DNA of 63,637 bases, filler included, from Licmophora abbreviata (lineage: Eukaryota): the NCBI GenBank assembly GCA_900291995.1. It is 20 parts of 20 records of this genome, joined end to end, with 100 filler letters (N's around TTAATTAATTAA, not from the genome) between each part and the next. Parts side by side here need not be neighbours in the genome. Positions count along the whole stretch, not along the records: positions 59,929 to 62,125 come from OLMU01006356.1; positions 62,226 to 63,637 come from OLMU01006358.1; 18 more parts are not named here. One strand, written 5' to 3'. Made by a program: the position numbers and the translations under genes. The notes under the pieces were generated by a model. That model had not been told where the DNA came from, did no database searches, and saw only the letters and a list, made by a program, of their open reading frames with translations. Each line of letters begins with the position of its first letter. Position 1 is the first letter of the stretch. This document shows, piece after piece, positions 59,929 to 63,637 of this stretch.

Positions 59929-62125
59929 AGGAACGCGATCGTGGGGGCGATGTCACCGCGTCCTCGCTGTGACACATACAGCAGTTTCGCCACGATGCTG
60001 TGGAAACGGTCGCTCCTGTCGCTATCGAGGCGGGGGGCATCATCATCAATCTCGAAAAGGTCTTTCGCTGCCGGTGTCGCCGCTGGTCGTGAGACATCCT
60101 CACGGAAATCATCAATCGCCTCTCTCAGGTAGTCTTTCATGATAATTGTAACGCTAGCGTCGTCATTCAATGTGATGTCCATTCCAAGGAAAGAGTGTTG
60201 TTTTCCACGAGTCACTGTCATTTTTCCAAACTTGCTCTCGATCAACGCGATGATCTCGGACACCACTGCTGGTTCGACGTGGGAAATTTTGTTGTCATCC
60301 ACGTACCAGCCGATGGTGCACTGTTTCCCATTGATCATACAGTTGGCAACACATGGGTCGTAGGGGTTGATGACAAAACCACGGTCCTTCAGCGTGGTAC
60401 AAACAGGTCGTACCAAAGGAGGGCTGACTTGACGCATCCGTAGAGGGCCTTTAGTAGGCGCACGTACAGCACTCGTCGTCCATTTTCGGTCGTGACAAAC
60501 GGCTTGTACTTCGGATTTACATCACATATGATGTCCACCGCGTCTCCAGTCAACCGCATTAGTACAAAATCTTCCATGTCGGCGTGTAAGTACGCCCCAA
60601 CCACATCGGCGGTGGCCACGTCTCTCTTCTCCAGCCCGTCGATCATGAGCGAAATCATGAGAGCGTCAGTGGATATCGTGGGTGATGTGGTTTCCGCACG
60701 TGAGTATATACTGCGTTGTGGGCGTCCGTCGGCACAAGTGCGACCCTTGAGCTGCCCGGAACGCTTCTCCTTAATCAAATTCACGGCTCGGAGCGCTCCT
60801 TGCTTCTCCTCGGTAGTCAGTACTGTCGGATCCATTGCTTCGAAAACTCCCTTGTCGTCAAGCTGGGCGAACTCCTTGAGGAGCGCATCTACTGCCTTTT
60901 GACCATGTTTTTTTATACCCGCTTTCGCTGTCATCTGTGTAAAGACCTGTCCGAAAACATGGGTCCGCAGAGATTTCGGGTTGCTGGGAAGCTCATGGAT
61001 GGCCTGTTGCAGGAGCTGTACACCACTGTTTTCAAGGATTCCGTCGCCCGCTGGTTCTGCGTTAATTTCTCGGTCGTATCGGTGGTCGTAGCTGCGTGTG
61101 CGGTCCCCCCTGAGGTTGTAATCATGTCCAACCTCGTTCGTCGGTCCGGCTTCGTCCTCAATTTCGACTGGGTTCTCCTCCGCCACGAGTGCTTCGTCAA
61201 TGTCTTCTTCATCCAGCTCTGGGGCCTCATCGCCTCCGTCATCACTTTCGTCGTCAATACTGTCGTGGTCATAATCGGGGGGAGGGGCATCGAACGTCAC
61301 CGGCTCGTTATCATCGTTGTCTTCTTGGTCACTGTCGTCATCATAGACATCGGCGGGGTCGACCTCCTCCTCGTCCGTGTCGTCGCCATCCTCAATGGTG
61401 ATGTCTGGACGCCACTCAAATTTCATAGTCCCGCCTTGAATGCGTGGTTGACCCTGGTTTGCTGCCATTGTCTCTACCATTCGGATCACCTCTGAGGTGA
61501 TGGGGAGTACCGTCCACTGGTGCCGACTCAATCTAGCTCCAGTAGTGAGCGACATAAAGTGGTAGTCACCCTGATCGTTTCCGGTAGGATTAAGGGCGAT
61601 CGCACCTGTCATGCGCGTGGCGGTCGAGTTGCTTCCTGGGGAGGGGTTGTTGTCTTCAAAAACTTGCACATACGACCCAAACTCTAGCTTCATCTTGTTG
61701 TAATCCGGATTTGCTAAACCGGTAACAATCGAGCGTGGGCTGAGTGTCGCGGACACACCACTTTTCACAGGGAACAGATTCAGGTTCTTGACGGCATGCT
61801 TGACAATCTCTTTGATGAGGAGAACGGGGAGACGCCTGTATGGTAGACCATGTATGGTGGAACGAGTGCGCTCCTTGATTGTTCGGATGGAGCGTTCCAC
61901 TTCGCCTACATGATCGTCGGCCGCAGTCACATTGAGAGTCGTGGGCAGGATATCGTTCCTAATGCATTCAAATTCTCCGTCGGAATGGAAGCCTGTTACT
62001 CGGAAACCCCGTGTCTGATAATGATTGATGATTGCTTGTGTTTCTCGAAGCAAAGTGGCTCGCTGTCTGTTCGGCAGAGTTGCAACGGTGCGAAATTGGA
62101 TCTTTCGGGAGATGGTATGGAAAAA
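59929..62125 (-). mobile_element. Copia IN-RT fragment, close relative of 15168..20279, frameshifted
   Basis: Near-identical peptide blocks (DDHVGEVERSIRTIKERTR, KALYGCVKSALLWY, YVDDN); 1-nt deletion near 60398. Confidence 0.9.
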
Positions 62126-62225
62126 NNNNNNNNNNNNNNNNNNNNNNNNNNNNNNNNNNNNNNNNNNNNTTAATTAATTAANNNNNNNNNNNNNNNNNNN
62201 NNNNNNNNNNNNNNNNNNNNNNNNN

Positions 62226-63637
62226 GGGTCCGACCACATGCTGGCTACCGGTTCGTACGCCCAATTGTCTTCAGCGTCGGCCTGCTGATACGATCCACAT
62301 TCCAGGACGTCTAGCCAGGGGGCCATCGGGCTGGGCGCTAGCGGGTTATGAAGAGAAGCTAGGCGTGTGTCCGCCCCGTCCACTCGCTTGTGGAGGATCA
62401 GTGTTGAGGGGATCTTCTCCATTCGTGCCGCCGATTCTTTGCGTCGCTTGCCTTTCCGTCCCATGCCTTGCAAGAATGGGAGCTTCTGCAGATAGTAAGA
62501 GCCAGGGTTGGCTGGCTCAATCACTCTGTACGGACCTTTTGCTTTGAAGACTAGTTTGGCAGAGACTCCTTCCGCCGATTGTGACTTGACTTGTCTCCGT
62601 ACTATGACCAGGTCGCCAGGTTCGAAGAGTCGCTGCTGGATGCCGTCATTGCGCATCTCTCTGTGGCGCTGTCGCCGCTCGCTGGTCAGGATCTGGAACA
62701 GCTGACGCTGCTTGTACAGGAGGGGGGAAGCAGCTTCACAGTAGTCGAGAGCGTCCTGCGGCTGTGAGTTTCCAACTGACGTGTTGGAACTAAGGTCGAT
62801 GGGGAAAGGGAACTCTCGTCCCATCGCGACGACGGATCTCTGTAAGTCGGTGCCATCGACGGGGCCTGCATTCCAAGCGTACAGTGCAAACAGGACTCCT
62901 TGCATCCAGAGGTTCAGGGAGCCTGTGTCAGCGCTGTTGATGGTTTCCACTTTATTCAGGTACCGGTGGAATCTTTCGTTTCGAAGTGCCTTGTGGTTCT
63001 CCCTGGACACCGAGAGCACAGGGACCAGTAGGAGTTCGAAGAGCTTTCGGAACACTGATTCGAAAAGGCTGTCCGCGTCGACGATGATGAGCCGTGGTAG
63101 GCCGTTCGGTATGAAGAAGCTGCTGAAGGCAAGCATTGCCACTGAGGTTGAGTTGACCTCGCTACCTAGGAACGCTGCGTTGGCGAAGCTCGTCATACAA
63201 TCGACGCAGGTTAGAACTTTGCGCTTGCCATCTTTGGAGGGGATTTCGCCTGGTGTCCATAGATCCAGGAAGACGACGTCGAACGGCACATCGCATGGCG
63301 TGGCATGAAGCAGCTGCTGGGCCTCGTGGGAAGTCGCGTTGGAGACACGGCAGTGGGCACAGCTCGAGACGCCTTGGCTTGTGTCTCTAGACATGAGGGG
63401 CCACCAGAACCGTGCAGTGATCCGGTTGAAGGTGCGCCGTATCGTGCTGTGTCCGCCGAAGGGTGACACATGGCAGCAAGAGAAAACGACTCGCCGCAGA
63501 CTGGGAGGTACAACTTTTGTACGCAGGAAGCGAATACTGTCGCGAGCGGTTTGGTCGTAGTGGTACACGATGCCGTCTTCCACTTCGAGCTTGTTTGACT
63601 TCCACTCCTCGTAGTATTGCTTTTCAATGAAGTCTGC
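62226..63637 (-). mobile_element. Ty3/Gypsy integrase fragment
   Basis: H-x6-H, RFWWP and CAHC zinc domain; PFDVVFLD, PRLIIVDAD and NER catalytic core; GDLVIVR..KGPYRV (GPY/F) module. Confidence 0.88.

Overview
This window is not contiguous DNA. It is 20 short eukaryotic contigs joined by 19 artificial 100-nt spacers (N44-TTAATTAATTAA-N44, stops in all six frames), so adjacency across a spacer carries no biological meaning. The source is most likely a diatom or other stramenopile; this is an inference from the CoDi-like Copia elements, an Ambal-like LINE, 79-98 nt GT-AG introns and TTAGGG repeats. Most of the window is retroelement: seven Ty1/Copia pieces, a Gypsy integrase, an RNase H-bearing LINE, a CRE-like LINE, two possible LINE ORF1s and two related tyrosine-recombinase (DIRS-order, Ngaro-like) retrotransposons. 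Host genes are a P3A H+-ATPase, NAA20, a 2OG-oxygenase-like fragment, a soluble-type nucleotidyl cyclase with a P-loop, an MDM2-type RING protein, two head-to-head Mpv17/PMP22 paralogs and a secreted Cys-rich repeat protein cut by telomere repeats. Three leads stand out. (1) In both tyrosine-recombinase elements gag and pol are in frame, separated by one UAG that is followed by a covarying stem-loop: a candidate stop-codon readthrough signal. (2) Two divergent Copia elements share a small coiled-coil plus SH3/KOW-like ORF upstream of gag, joined to gag by the same 8-nt AUGnnURR start/stop overlap. (3) Family-specific copies of the polypurine-tract motif recur inside the IN-RT linkers.
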